A stretch of 63,672 nucleotides of DNA, filler included, from Octopus bimaculoides (taxonomy: Eukaryota), in NCBI RefSeq assembly GCF_001194135.2. It is 5 parts of 5 records of this genome, joined end to end, with 100 filler letters (N's around TTAATTAATTAA, not from the genome) between each part and the next. Parts side by side here need not be neighbours in the genome. Positions count along the whole stretch, not along the records: positions 1 to 31,918 come from NC_068986.1; 4 more parts are not named here. The stretch is one strand, 5' to 3'. The first letter of the stretch is position 1, and each line of letters begins with the position of its first letter. Of this stretch, positions 12,895 through 26,336 are shown piece after piece. The notes under the pieces were generated by a model. It made no database searches. It saw nothing but the letters and a program-made list of their open reading frames with translations, and had not been told where the DNA came from. The position numbers and the translations under genes were made by a program.

Positions 12895-13201
12895 TAACTG
12901 ATGAGGGTTTCAGTTGATTCAGTCAATGGAACAGCCTGTTCGTAAAATTAATGGAAGTGTGGCTGAGTACTCCACAGGCACATATAATTTTAATGTAGTT
13001 CTCAGAGAGATTCAGCTTGACATAGAGTGTAACGAGGCTGGCTCTCTGAAATATAAGTACTACTCATTTTTGCCAGCTAAGTCGATTGGAGCCATGTAAA
13101 ATAAAATGTCTTGCCGAAGGACACAACGCATCACCAGGAATTGAACTCATGACTTTACGATTGTGAGCTGAATACCCTCACCACTAAATCATGCGCCTTC
13201 A
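12895..13201 (-). mobile_element. tRNA-derived SINE with a 12-bp target-site duplication
   Basis: tRNA-like head at the right end (GGAATTGAACTC = reverse B-box). Flanked by the direct repeat CCATCAGCATAC at 12883-12894 and 13202-13213. Confidence 0.65.
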
Positions 13202-14025
13202 CCATCAGCATACAAGAGTTGCTATAAGCAGTTGGTCTGAAATTCCTCTGTTATAATCTGGAGGATTCTAAGAAACATGGAAATCTGAACCAAGTTCTGG
13301 TGGATGCTTACTTACATGCAAAATTCCTTACTGAACTCACTGTTAACTCTTACTTTACTGATGTCATCACTATACATGATTTGCTTAGCTTTCACAATGT
13401 ACATCATATATGCATGCGCGCGCACGCACACACACACATACACACACTCACACACATGCATACGAAATAACCAAGCATATAAAAGTGTACCTCTATAGTA
13501 ACTGTATTAATAGGCATATTTGAATATACATAAGATATTTTAGTAACATATGTTGCAAATACAATAAAAACTCATATATGTGTATGTGTGTCTGCGTGTG
13601 TGTGTGTGCATGTGTAAAAACTTATATAGATTGATATTTATGCATGCATATATAGCCCATTTCTCTAATAAATTTCCTTTTGAAAAAACAAAAAGAAAAA
13701 AATCAATGTGCGAAACGATAAATCTTTAATTTCAGAGTTAATTCGTTACTTATTGACTAAATATTGAGATTTTAGTTTACCCAATCCATCATAGCATCGA
13801 CTTCAGTAATTTTTTTATGTCACTCACATAAAAAGGAATGAAGAAATATATGTAAATAATTATGTATGTGACTCTGTGTCAGTTGTTTTTTTTTTTGTTT
13901 GGTTGTTTTTCAAATATAATTTCACACATACACACACNNNNNNNNNNCAAAGTCTTCATAAAAATTACCAGCACAAAAGAATGTGTATGTGTGTATATAT
14001 ATATATATATATATCTGTTTGTATG

Positions 14026-14076
<51 letters not shown>

Positions 14077-15489
14077 CATACATACATACATATGCATATA
14101 CCATATACACCACACACTTTTATATGTATAAAGTTATTTTATGTTTTCATCAATAGGAAGAAATAGCTCAGACATATGTTTCATTTATATTTTGATTTAT
14201 TCTTGTCTAAATTGTCAGAAGTTCTATTGCTCTTACGTCGTCATTCTTTTAAAGTTTAAAGTTAAATTAGTTATTTGTTTGTATGCAGGTGTGTTTCTTC
14301 ATATTATTCTAGGGTTTTTATTAAACTAAAAAAAAAAAACAACAAAACCCATCAAAACAATGTAAGAATAAAAACTGGAAATGATTTTCTTTTTTCTCCC
14401 TTCTCTATTAATGGGTAGAATGATCACATAGATATTGAGTGCCATCATGTGTGAGAATAATTGAGTTGTGAACAATATATAGTATTCTATTTATTTATTC
14501 ATTGACTAGCAGCAAGTCAATAGAGGTTAGGTCTCCTTCAGGTGAGTTACTTTCTATCTACTTTCTACTTATCTTGGATATTTATAAAATATCTAACTCA
14601 CACACACACAAACGCATGCAGAGTAACCATATACTTTAAAATGGAAGATCTTCCTTCATTAAAATATATGCTACCTTCACTGGAGATTTTCTCTGCTGCA
14701 TTATTCCATTCCATTATTTCTAAATTGTTATGCATAGATAAGCCCTATTGTCACAATATTTCAAGTGATTAGAAACTGTCTATTTCTTTCAATTTATATC
14801 TAATATACTCTAGATTTTGGCAGCTTTAGTAAAATATATTTTAACTTTATATATTGGTGTATGCATGAGAATATATTTATGTGTATGGGTATGTATATGT
14901 GTGTATGTATGTATGTATGTATGTGTGTGTGTGTGTGTNNNNNNNNNNTATACACATGTATCTTTAGTAGTGTAATTTCAGTGAAGCAATGTATGATATT
15001 TAAAGTTAAAATTATTCCAATGCCAATGCAAAGTAAATTGAAATATTGGATGGAAATAAAAGAAAGAAGACTGAGCAACTATTACACTTCACCTTATATT
15101 TCCATATTTCAGACTAACATCACTTCATAACGAGAAAATTGGAGATGGTGTCAAGTTGTTATCTTTTGCTCAAATATGTGAGATAAAGTTGTGACATGCA
15201 CAGATTGGTTTTGTTTCAATAGACTATTCTGACTTGGATGACTCTCATCTGTTGTTGATTTATGGTTTCATTTTACTAATGAGGATTGCCTCCATGATCC
15301 TCAAATTACCTATTTTAAGCTCAGTTGTTTTGATGGTAAGTATAAATCCTGAGTGTAACATTTCTGCAGATGCTTTTTGACTGATGTGTTTATCTGCACA
15401 TGTTGTTCCTTGATGTGGATATATAGCTTTTGGATGGTGCTTCTGATGTAGGAAACACCGTATTTACTGCAACCTATTTGGTATGATGT

Positions 15490-15835
15490 GAAGGCACATG
15501 GTTCAGTGGTTAGAGCATTGGGCTCATGATCACGAGGTAGTGCGTTTTATTCCCAGACTAGGCTGTGTGTTGTGTTCTTGAGCAAGACACTTTATTTCAT
15601 GTTACCCCAGTTCACTCATCTGTAGAAATGAGTTGTGACATCAGTGGTGCTAAGCTGTGTTGGCCTTTGCTTTTCCCATGGATAACATTGGTGGCAAGGA
15701 GGGGGAGGCTGATATGCATGGGCAACTGCTGGTTTTCCATAAACAACATTGCCCAGTCTTGTGCTTCAGAGTGGAACTTTCTAGATGCAATCTCATGGTC
15801 ATGAATGGCTGAAGGGGGCCTTTACCCTTTACCAT
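15490..15835 (+). mobile_element. tRNA-derived SINE (family shared with 17783-17990 and 20160-20475)
   Basis: Head GAAGGCACATGGTTCAGTGGTTAGAGC...GTGTTCTTGAGCAAGACACTTTATTTCA. Its reverse complement occurs at 20160-20475. Confidence 0.65.
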
Positions 15836-16299
15836 TTAGTTGGTATGTTATGTAGATCCTCAAGCACATGTCTATATTGTTAATGGAGTCACTATGCAAA
15901 CTTAGTTGCTGTTTATAGGTTAATTTCGAAGAACAGAAATTTTCACAAGGACTGACCAAATTGTATCATCTATATGTTCAATCCCTCTCTAAGGCTCACT
16001 CATGTCAGTGGTTCTATCATCGAAATATGGCTGTCTCAGGAAGTGCATATTATCGCTTGAAAGTGTGGACCTTTCTGTGTTGCAGTCAGGCATTTAACAA
16101 AAGATTGAGAGTTTGTGTTATTTTGTAGAATTTTTTGGTCTTGCTGCCTTGCAGCACATGTTGCATACCAAGAAAATTTATTTTATATGTGGGGTAATCC
16201 TGAAAAATCCTCAGCTTCGTGCTTATTTCCAGGGCTAAACTTAGTTATTAGTGCTTATAATGTTAAGATTATAGCTTATCTTGTGGTGTTAATAGTAGT

Positions 16300-16520
16300 T
16301 GTTGTAAGGCAGCAAGATGACAGAATCATTAGCATGCTGGGCAAAATGCTTGGTGGCATATCATCAATTTTTTTGTTCTCCGTTCAAGTTCTGCCAAGGT
16401 TGACTTTTCTTTTTCAGCCTTTCAGAGTTGGTAATAAGTACCAGTTGAGTATGGGGTCAATATAATTGACTTATCTCCCTCCCCTGGAATAGCTGGCCAT
16501 GTGCCAAACTTTGAAACCAA
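16300..16520 (+). mobile_element. SINE family C, sense copy
   Basis: CAGAATCATTAGCATGCTGGGCAAAATGCTT...TAAGTACCAGTTGAG...GTGCCAAACTTTGAAACCAATA. Reverse complement of the units at 22281-22935. Confidence 0.6.
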
Positions 16521-16999
16521 TAATAGTTTTAAATTAATCCCAGGCCAGTCCTGGTCCAGTAAATCCATCATCAAAGGCATTCCAGCTGAAATCATCTCAT
16601 CTTTTTACCTGGTCACAGTTCATCTAGATCTGCATTATTCAATGTGTCCTTTCCTTAAGATGATACAGTACTATTTAGAGTAGATTTGGTTGCTATTTTT
16701 AACAGGTCCAGTAACTGCATGAAGGTTCCTTTATTTTCTCATGTTAAATTCAGTGAATTAGTGCCTGTAGCGTTAATTAATATTTGTGCTTATCTAGTAG
16801 CAGAAAGTTTCCCTCAGATGAAATACTAATGAATCAAACACTTCTCTGAAGCAACCAAATGAAAGTGGTTTATCAAAAACTAAACAATGCTGAAATGCAA
16901 GATGCCATACACCAAACATTTATCAAAAAAACTCACCTGTTTGCTGCTAATCTTTCTTAAAGTGTCATAACCAATTACTTACAAAATCCTCCTCCTCAT

Positions 17000-17230
17000 C
17001 ATCGCTGCCGCCGCCGCCACCACCACCACCACCATCATCATCATCACCATCACCATTTTTCCATTCTGGTATGGGTTGGATGGCTTGACAGGAGCCAGAG
17101 GGCTATGCCAAGCTTCAATGCCTGCTCTGGCATGCTTTCTACAGCTGGGTACCATTCCTAAAGCCAACCACTTTATAGAGTTTGCTGGAAGGGGTTTTTT
17201 TTTCATGGTACCAGGACTAGTGAGGTCAGC
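17000..17230 (-). mobile_element. RTE-type 3' tail (LINE or SINE), antisense
   Basis: (CAC/CAT)n tail, then CTTTCTACAGCTGGGTACCATTCCTAAAGCCAACCACTTT, the reverse of the 3' UTR seen at 9950-9990. Confidence 0.45.
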
Positions 17231-20159
17231 AAATACTCACAAGACATGACCCCTCTACTAATTCAAGTATTGTATTGAAGGTTGAGAAAATATGATTGAG
17301 GGAAGGGATGGAGACAGGTATCATGCTGAACAGGTGAATACTTGGTTTCCTTACCTAGAAAGGGGGAGAGAGGGAGAGAGAGATTATGAGGGTGTATCCT
17401 TACAGTACAAGATGAATATGGAAGAACAGGGATAGGAGACTAGAAAAAAGGTTTGCGTGTAGTTAAGTGCACTAGAGCATGGAAATGGAGATTAAGGTGG
17501 CTACAGTGAATATCAATTTTGGGATGGGAAGTGAAAGAAATAGGTGTGGGTCAAGGAGGAGGAGGAGGAGGAGGAGGTGATAAGAAACAGTAATAGGGGT
17601 ACAATGTGAACTGTAAGGAGATAAATGATATCATTTACAGCACCTGAAATATAACACAAAATCATTATATCAAAAGCTGTTTAGTAAACCATCAGGTGAA
17701 TTTTTAAGTCTCAATCAAAATGTATTTGACTCTCCTTTCAGTATTTAGTCTTAGAAAAAAAAAAAAAAAAAAAGAGATAGTGGAGGCATATGACNNNNNN
17801 NNNNTAGTGGTTAGAGTGTTTGACTCATGATCATAAGATTGTAGTTTCAATTCCTGGACCAGGCGATGTGTTGTGTTCTTGAGAGAAACACTTCATTTCA
17901 CATATGTGAACATATGCACCACAAATACTGGGAAACTGGCCTTATGAGTCTATATGACTCCAGCAGGGTCTTTATCCCTTTTATTCTACTGTCAGTATCA
18001 AGTCTCACCATCAGTAAATATTCTATTGTTATCCTTAAGCTTGCTTTAAAATAATAACCTTAACTTAACATTTCTCATAACTTTGCCACTCAAGTCAATA
18101 CTATTTCTGTTATGTTACTGACTTCAATTAGACATTATATAAAAAAATAACTGAGATTTCATTTATTTATTCATTTATTTATTTATTTTAAAGTAATGTA
18201 CAGAAATGTTAGAATTTATTTCTAGTTTAGTGACTCAACTATTTTGTCACTATTTGAAATAGTTAAAACATTACAATAACATGCAGCATAAATTTTGAAG
18301 ATTTAAAAAAAAAGATGTGTTGAGTTTCCAAAATGATATTACAATTTGTATGACCTCAATTAAATGGAATTTTATCTAGAATGATGTGACTAAAACTTGA
18401 TATAACATTATCATTGTTGTAGAACATTTTCAATATAGACTGGGTGGATCTAGGCACTAAATATATGTTCCTATAGAATTTCTGAATAACAGCTTAATTT
18501 TAAATATTTTTGTATGGTATATATANNNNNNNNNNNNNNNNNNNNNNNNNNNNNNNNNNNNNNNNNNNNNNNNNNNNNNNNNNNNNNNNNNNNNNNNNNN
18601 NNNNNNNNNNNNNNNNNNNNNNNNNNNNNNNNNNNNNNNNNNNNNNNNNNNNNNNNNNNNNNNNNNNNNNNNNNNNNNNNNNNNNNNNNNNNNNNNNNNN
18701 NNNNNNNNNNNNNCCCTATATATTTATGATTATAAATGGCTTTACCGAAAAGGTTTTTTCATACTGAGCTACCCGGCAAAATTGTTAATTATTAATTTTA
18801 TTACTAATTGACGATTCCCTGCCCTGTATATCTATATATATATATATATATATATATTTGTAATTGTTTTTGCATTTGTTGTTTTTGTTGCAAGTTTTGG
18901 ATAATTCTTCAAATTCATATAATTTTTTTTACCTTCTCTTATGAATTAAACCAAGTGAAATATATTCTTTCATTCTTCTACTGATTCCAGTCCTTGAACC
19001 GTGGCCATGCTGGGGCACACCTTCAAGGGTTTTAGTTGATTGTATTGGTCCTAATACTTTGTCTAGTAGTTATTTTATTGATCTCCATTTATTGAAGAAG
19101 CAAGTCCTTGTGGGCATAAATAAATACGACAACGTATTTTTGTTTGCTGCACCAATATATTGGGACTGTCATGAAGATATACACACACACATATAACTAT
19201 ATATGTATACATGTATTTGTGTGTGATATATTCTGCATGATTTCCATTCCCATCTTCCAAATTTCAATAAGACCTTTATCAATCTAAGGCTTTTATAAAA
19301 TATGCCTAAGGAACTTCACAGTAGAACTGAACCCCAAATCATATTGTTGTGAAGTACACTTCTTAACCATGCATCCATATTTGACTTATGAAATTAAAAA
19401 ATGGCTATATAATTGAATAACTAAATTGTTTTCTTCTAACTGTAGGCAAGTAACTGAAATTAGTATGAGACTTTCAGAGTAATGAAGTTAAAGAATGGAA
19501 CTTTGTTTCTAGAGTACTATGCAGTGCTTGTGGCAATCTTTGAACTTGTAACCTTTGGTTACAATAACACACTATTCTTCATTGTGGTTTACAGATTAAA
19601 TTTATAGTTTCTCTACCTTGTTACAGTTAACAATTATGTTTTTATTTCTAAAATTAGTAGTAACTAAAGAAATGAATTTTGGTTAAGCCATTTATTCCAT
19701 CTCGAATCATGCTATTTATATGATTTAAAAAAAAATTATGGTGAAATTAGTGGAGCAACTGTCTAAGAAAATGATTTGCCATAGTTACTTATGGAATAGA
19801 AGTGCTAAGCAGTGTTGTATATGAATATAAACTTGTTATCAGTTCAAATATGTTTGGAGCATATTCATATCCATAAGAAAGCCATTCACTGTCTATTGTC
19901 ATGGAGAAAATTTCTCACTTTTGACAAATAGGTATAAACACACCAAGTATTCCCCTTTCTGGTATCTGATGCTGAAGAGGAGATAATCACTCTGAAATGC
20001 ATGTATCCATCAATTGGTTAGAGGGCACTTTGAACTGAATTTATGTGTTTACACCTATTTCTTTACAGCGAGAAGTAAAATACAGTGAATGGCTTATTTT
20101 TACAGATTCAAATATGCTTCAAGTATATTTGAATTGGTAACAAGTTTGTAAAGAGGTAA

Positions 20160-20475
20160 AGACCCCCTCCAGTCATGAATGAACATGGGAGTGCATCTAG
20201 AAAGTTACCCTCTGAGGTACAAGTCTGGGCAAGATTCTTTTATGGAAGACCAGCAGTTACCCATGCATACCAACCTCTCCACTCCATGCCACCAATGTTA
20301 TCCAAAGGAAAGGCAAAGACTATACAGCTTGGCATCAGTGATGTTGCAGCTCATTTCTACAGCTGAGTGAACCGGAGCAACATGAAATAAAGTGTCTTGC
20401 TCAAGAACACAACACACAGCCTGGCCTGGGAATTGAACCCACTACCTCATGATTGTAAAACTGACACTCTAACCA
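20160..20475 (-). mobile_element. tRNA-derived SINE, antisense copy of the 15490-15835 family
   Basis: AAATAAAGTGTCTTGCTCAAGAACAC...GGGAATTGAACCC...CTAACCACTGAGCCATGTGCCTTC. Confidence 0.65.
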
Positions 20476-20979
20476 CTGAGCCATGTGCCTTCACTGAAAC
20501 AAGGTTATAGTTACTTTTATTGCTTTATTTTACTTATATCTCTTTATATTCCCCTTTTGAGTTCTGCTAAAGTCAACTTGACTTCCATCATTCTTGGGCC
20601 CATGAAATAAAATAGCTGTCAAATAATGATTTGTGTCTTTGTGCCTACATAAGAAATTAGTCTCTTTATTTCTTATTTGATATATTATATATATATTCAC
20701 ATTAGGGGCTGTTGTTTCTATTAGGATCTTCATTGGCATTTCTTTGAATATTATGTGTGATTGGGCCCTAATCCCTTTCATGATGCCTGGGCAGAGTCAC
20801 CCTCTGTGTTTTCACTTACTCTGTCTTATGGTATATCACATATCTCCACTGTCATGCCTTCAAGTCCATTGGTCTGTTTGATTCTTCTACACTCTCTGCT
20901 ATACTATATTAGGTTTTGTGCACTTAGAAATGTACAGTCCTACCATTCAGTCCCCCCCCCTCTCTCCCTCTCTCTCTCC

Positions 20980-21021
<42 letters not shown>

Positions 21022-22280
21022 NNNNNNNNNNNNNNNNNNNNNNNNNNNNNNNNNNNNNNNNNNNNNNNNNNNNNNNNNNNNNNNNNNNNNNNNNNNNNNA
21101 CACACACACACACACACACACATGTCCAGTTTCTGTACAGTTTCCATCTACCAAATTCACCCACAAGACATTGGTCAGCCCAGAGATACAGTAGAAAACA
21201 CTTGTTGAATTTTCCATGTAGTGGGATGGAACCTGAAACCATGTAGTTACAAAGTGAGCTTCTTAACCCATATCAAAATTTAATTTTTATCTTAAAAAAA
21301 AGGATGCAATGAAATAAGTTTAAACATTGCCATTTTATACAAAAAAAAAAAAAAGACAGCAGTTTATTTAATTTAATTAAACACATGTATTTTCTGCGAT
21401 CTAGTTACTTTGGTACAGTTATCTAATTAGCTTCAAATTTCAGGACCCAAACAATTTATGTTGCCAAATAATTTCATATCATTGTCCTCATTTGTCTGTG
21501 TTGTCATTTACTATTAGTTTTAATCAGTTTAGAGTCTGCAGATTTCCAGGAATTGTTTAACAAATTTTTTTCTTTCTGTTTTGTATTCTTAGAAGTAGGC
21601 GTTGGTAGTTTAACTTGTAAATTTTAAATGATTTCATTACAGCTGTGTATGATTTATTTTCGTATATAACTAACAAATAATTTACAGGTCAAATAGAAAT
21701 ACCAGCTTGGTGTCTGGCACGAAAACAATGACCAAAAATTGTAATATGAAAGTGATTCAAAAGAACAACTCATATCACATTCTCCATCGTGCATCGAATC
21801 TTAAGGTAGACGGGTCCATTCGAAACCTATATTGCAGTCTTTCCTGCCAATACTTATAAGATCAGCAATAAGCCTGCAAATTGTTCTGGGAGTTGTGGGA
21901 TAGGAGTACAAAGATGTGTGTCCCAGGATCCCAAAGCGAATCTGGAATGGAACAACTGTTAAGGATTAAAATGGAAGGTCTAATGATACATTCTTCTGTG
22001 AAGACCTTATGATGGAAGTGCACAAGGAAGATTCTATCCCTCATTACCCTTTCAGAAATAATATGTAAAGAAGATGGGTGGGTGGTCTAACAAATATTGT
22101 CAGTATATTCAGTATGATAAAAATTAAATGAAATATATAAAAATCTTGATCAGTAGATTATGATAAATATTATGATAATATTTATTGTGTGTATATTGTG
22201 GTTTTAAGTCACTGAAATATCACAGATGTTATTCAACGTCTCATCAGTGAGATATTTACAGTACTATTCTGATAGATATA

Positions 22281-22935
22281 TTGTTGTTTTAAATATTGGT
22301 TTCAAGTTTTGGCACAAGGTCAGAAATTCATGGGGAGGGGACAAGTCAATTATGTCAACCCCAGTGCTCAGTTGGTACTTATTTTCTCAACCCTACTCCA
22401 ACCTGAAAGTGGGATGGAATGCTGCTAAGTATTTTATCTTTCATGTTAATGATTCTGCTAGCTTGCCGCTTTTGTTGTTTTAAATATTGGTTTTATGTTT
22501 TGGCACAAGGCCAGCAAGATTGGGGGGAGGGGGAGTGTAACAATTACATCAACCGCAGTGCTCAACTGGTATTTATTTTACTTGACCCCCACCCCACAAG
22601 GATGAAAGGCATGATCAACCTCAGTGGAATTTGAACTCAGAATGTAAAAATGGATAAAATGCTGCTAAACATTTTGTCTAGCATGCTAATGATTCTGCCA
22701 ACTTGCCACTCTAATACTGATTTCAAATTTTGGCACAAGACCAGCAAGTTCAGGGGAGGGGTTAAGTCGATTACATTGACCCCAGTGCTTGATTGGTACT
22801 TATTTTATCAACCTCGTAAAGGATGAAAGGCAAAATTGACCTTGGTGGAAGTTGAACTCAGAACATAATGATGGATGACATGCCACTAAGCCTTTTGCCT
22901 GGTATGCTAACGATTCTGCCAGCTCACCACCTTAC
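22281..22935 (-). mobile_element. Three head-to-tail copies of SINE family C
   Basis: TTTTGGCACAAG...CCCAGTGCT...GGTACTTATTTT...ATGATTCTGC(T/C)A recurs three times at a spacing of roughly 200-240 bp. Confidence 0.7.
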
Positions 22936-23755
22936 TCACCACACCACCCTAATATTGATAACATGTCAATACAAGAAGTAACACACTGTAGTTATATAAA
23001 AGCTAGGATGGACATCAGATAGACATATAATTTGTATGACAGACACGTGACAGGCATATTATATTTATGATTGATATCTAACTGACGTATAGTATCTATA
23101 GTAGACATTTGATAGACATGATCTTTATAATGATGTGACAGACGTATATTTATGATGGATATTACATGTATGTGGTTATAGATATTGTCTGTAGAGGTCA
23201 CTGTTATTGAACTGTATGTGGCAATCAAAGTCATTGTATATGGTGGTCACAGGTAATGTATGTTGTCAACCTTCCAACATCACTCTGCTGTCACCAGAAC
23301 ATTCAGTAATACATCATCATCATCATCATCATAGCATCCATACACTTTTTCATGCTTGCATGCTTTAAATAGGATTTATTGAGGCAGATTTTGTATGGTC
23401 TGATGCTACCCTCAGCTGTTGTCAATCCTTACCTGTTTCCAAGCAAGGTAATATTTTTCCATGGCCAGATATATTTGCACAGAATGTTGGAAATGAAGGA
23501 CACTGCTTGCATAACAATGAAACTCATTTACACATACATACATACATACATATTTATTTGCACATGCACACCCACACAGATATACAAAATTCTTCTTTAA
23601 GTTTCTGTCTATCAAATCTACTCACAAGGTTTTGATAAGTCTAGGACTATTGCTGAAGATATTTACCCAGGTTGCCATGTAGTGGTACTGAACTGAAACC
23701 ATGTGGTTGGGAGGGAAACTTCTTAACCACACAGTCACACAGCCATGCCTGCACC

Positions 23756-23786
<31 letters not shown>

Positions 23787-24244
23787 GACTGAAGATAAAG
23801 AGGGAGAGGTTAATATATGCATTAGCCTTGTTATAAAAATAACGAATTTAATAGATATTATTATGAAGTAAAGATAAAAATGAATTGATGGAGATATCAA
23901 CCTTAGCTTTGTAGCTCTTTAAGATAATTATAATGATGTTTGACCAATATCTGATTGTATCTAATTATGTATTTTAATATATTTTCATTAGAATTATTAT
24001 CATTGTCTTCTCTTCAATTGTTGCTGAAGAAACAGCTACACATTAACCATAAGATAAATATTTGACCTTTAATTAGCATATCAGTCAATTAATTGTTCTA
24101 TCTTTCTTACATTCATCAAGAAGCATTACAGTTCATAGAAAATACTTCATTCTTTATTAAAGAGTAAGACTCTAATGACATCTGATACAATTTCCAAAAG
24201 CTGATATTTGTAATTATCTGTTCTTGTTCTGTTATAATGCCACT

Positions 24245-24640
24245 GAAAGAAAAGATTGCAAGACAGATTCTTCAAGACAAGCCAACTGCCAGGAGTCTAA
24301 GGGTTCACTGAGAGTGCAATGATTGGAAAATACCCATGGTCATGATTGGGAATCCAGCTAGAAAATGTAATGACAGTTACTTCTGATAGGACCCTATAGA
24401 AGAGGTACCTGAAGACTCTACCCTCATGGTCTTCCTTCATGAAAAGAAAAGATTGCAGGAGAGATTCTTCAAGACAAGCTAACTGTCAGTAACTCTAGGG
24501 GTTTGTTTACCAAGAGTGAGATTGTTATATAATATCCATGATGACATTTGGTCATGCTTGGGAATCGAGCTAGAAAATGTAATAACAGTTACTTCTGACT
24601 GGAATCTGTAGAAGAGGTGCCTGAAGAGGTGCCCAGGAAT
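24245..24640 (+). mobile_element. Two tandem copies of an RTE-like LINE 3' end
   Basis: A ~190-bp unit starting AAAGAAAAGATTGCA occurs twice. Copy 2 translates PRVRLLYNIHDDIWSCLGIELENVITVTSDWNL*KRCLK, like the RTE C-terminal PRxRWxD...LGI...DRxxW. Confidence 0.45.
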
Positions 24641-25662
24641 AGCAGGTAGCAAAAATGGATGAATGGCTATATGGATGTTCTTCACTATAGCCATTGACTA
24701 GTGAAGAACTGTAGAACTGAAATAATAACACACTTTTTATTAATGATTGGATTATATCAGTGATGTAAACTCTTACACCACCAATAGTTTTGAGAAAGAC
24801 AGAAAAATATCACATAATGTAATTTCCTCTGTTTCCTATCAAACCGAAACTTGCGATGCTGGAAAAGATTTTTTTTCGTTTTTTTTTTTTTATTATAGAA
24901 TGTTAGCTCTAAAATAATTCACTCTCTTATCAATAAAATAACATGAATTTCATTTTCAGAATCTCAGTCTAAAATTTATAAAATGAGATGCAAGTGTGGC
25001 TGTGTGATTGAAAATATTGCTTCCCAACCACATGATTTTGAGTTCAGTTTTATAGTGTGTACACTTTAGGCAAGTGTCTTCTACTATAGCCCCAGGTGGA
25101 CCAAAAACCTTGTGACTGGATTAGATAGATGGAAACTGAGTGTGTGTGTGTGTGCACACGAATGCATGTGTTTGTGCAAGTGTGTGTGCAAGTGTGTGTG
25201 TGTGTATGTATGTGTGCATGTGCATCTATGTGTTAGTGTATGTATGCATGCATGAGTCTGTGTATGTTTGTGCCTTCTTGTCTTGATATCAAGGGATAGT
25301 TGTAAACGAGTGTCATTGTCATGCATGCAGTGTCAATTATTTCCAATATTCTGCAAAATCATGAAAGAATAAGAGTTGCTCCCCTTGAGATATTGCTTCA
25401 TCTCTGTTCACTTTTTTTTCAAAGATGGCGTCCTATTGACAGCAAAAAAGTTTTCTCTATATAAGTTGACAATCATTTGATTGTGAAACCAGTACTTATT
25501 TAATTTGTAATGATGAAATGATGTAATATGATCCTAATAGTACCATAAACTTTATTATACAAACCTTTCTGTGACTCTTACATTTCTTTTCTTTCTTATA
25601 TACCTATCCCACGTGTATACAGAACTTTCCATTCTTCACTATATATATATATATATATATAT

Positions 25663-26097
25663 ACTCTTTACTCTTTTTACTCTTTTACTTGTTTCAGTCT
25701 TTTGACTGTGGCCATNNNNNNNNNNNNNNNNNNNNNNNNNNNNNNNNNNNNNNNNNNNNNNNNNNNNNNNNNNNNNNNNNNNNNNNNNNGTACTTATTCT
25801 ATCGGTCTCTATTGCCGAACCGCTAAGTTACGGGCATATAAACACACCAGCATCGGTTGTCAAGCGATGTTGGGGGGACAAACACAGACACAAACACATA
25901 CACACATACATATATATATATATATACATACATACGACGGGCTTCTTTCAGTTTCCGTCTACCAAATCCACTCACAAGGCTTTGGTCGGCCCGAGGCTAT
26001 AATAGAAGACATTTGCCCAAGATGCCACGCAGTGGGACTGAACCCGGGACCATGTGGTTGGTAAGCAAGCTACTTACCACACAGCCACTCCTACGCC
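25663..26097 (-). mobile_element. SINE family A, full-length, young
   Basis: Minus-strand head GGCGTAGGAGTGGCTGTGTGGTAAG...GGGTTCAGTCCC (A and B boxes). CpGs intact; (TTTAC)n-like tail. Confidence 0.9.
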
Positions 26098-26336
26098 TAT
26101 GTATATATATATCCTTTAAGTTCATTTATGGGAAATGTTTTGAATATGCATATAAAAACTTCTATTTTATTATGTCAGGTACAGCCTAATAATGCCAACT
26201 GGCAATACTAGATTTTTGAGGTCAAACCAAGCTGTGCTGATACAATGTAGGATAGATATAGTAATAATAATAGTAATAATCTTTGGATAGAATTTATAGA
26301 TTCCATCCAAGGATTATTATTATTACTGTAAAAGTA

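Noticed and set aside
15223-15335. Alternative frame with two TGA codons (LF*LG*LSSVVDLWFHFTNEDC...) as selenoprotein or mitochondrial-code sequence
   Set aside because: No recognisable selenoprotein or mitochondrial homology, no SECIS seen, and another frame is fully open.
21882-21920. Thrombospondin-like CSGSCGIGVQRC peptide
   Set aside because: The frame is bounded by stops, lacks the upstream Trp residues of TSP1 and has no convincing splice sites.
26020-26097. tRNA gene calls at SINE heads (also 10874, 11526, 12400-12482, 15490 and the partial at 46110-46150)
   Set aside because: A/B-box-like motifs are present but continue into SINE bodies, and I could not build a full cloverleaf.
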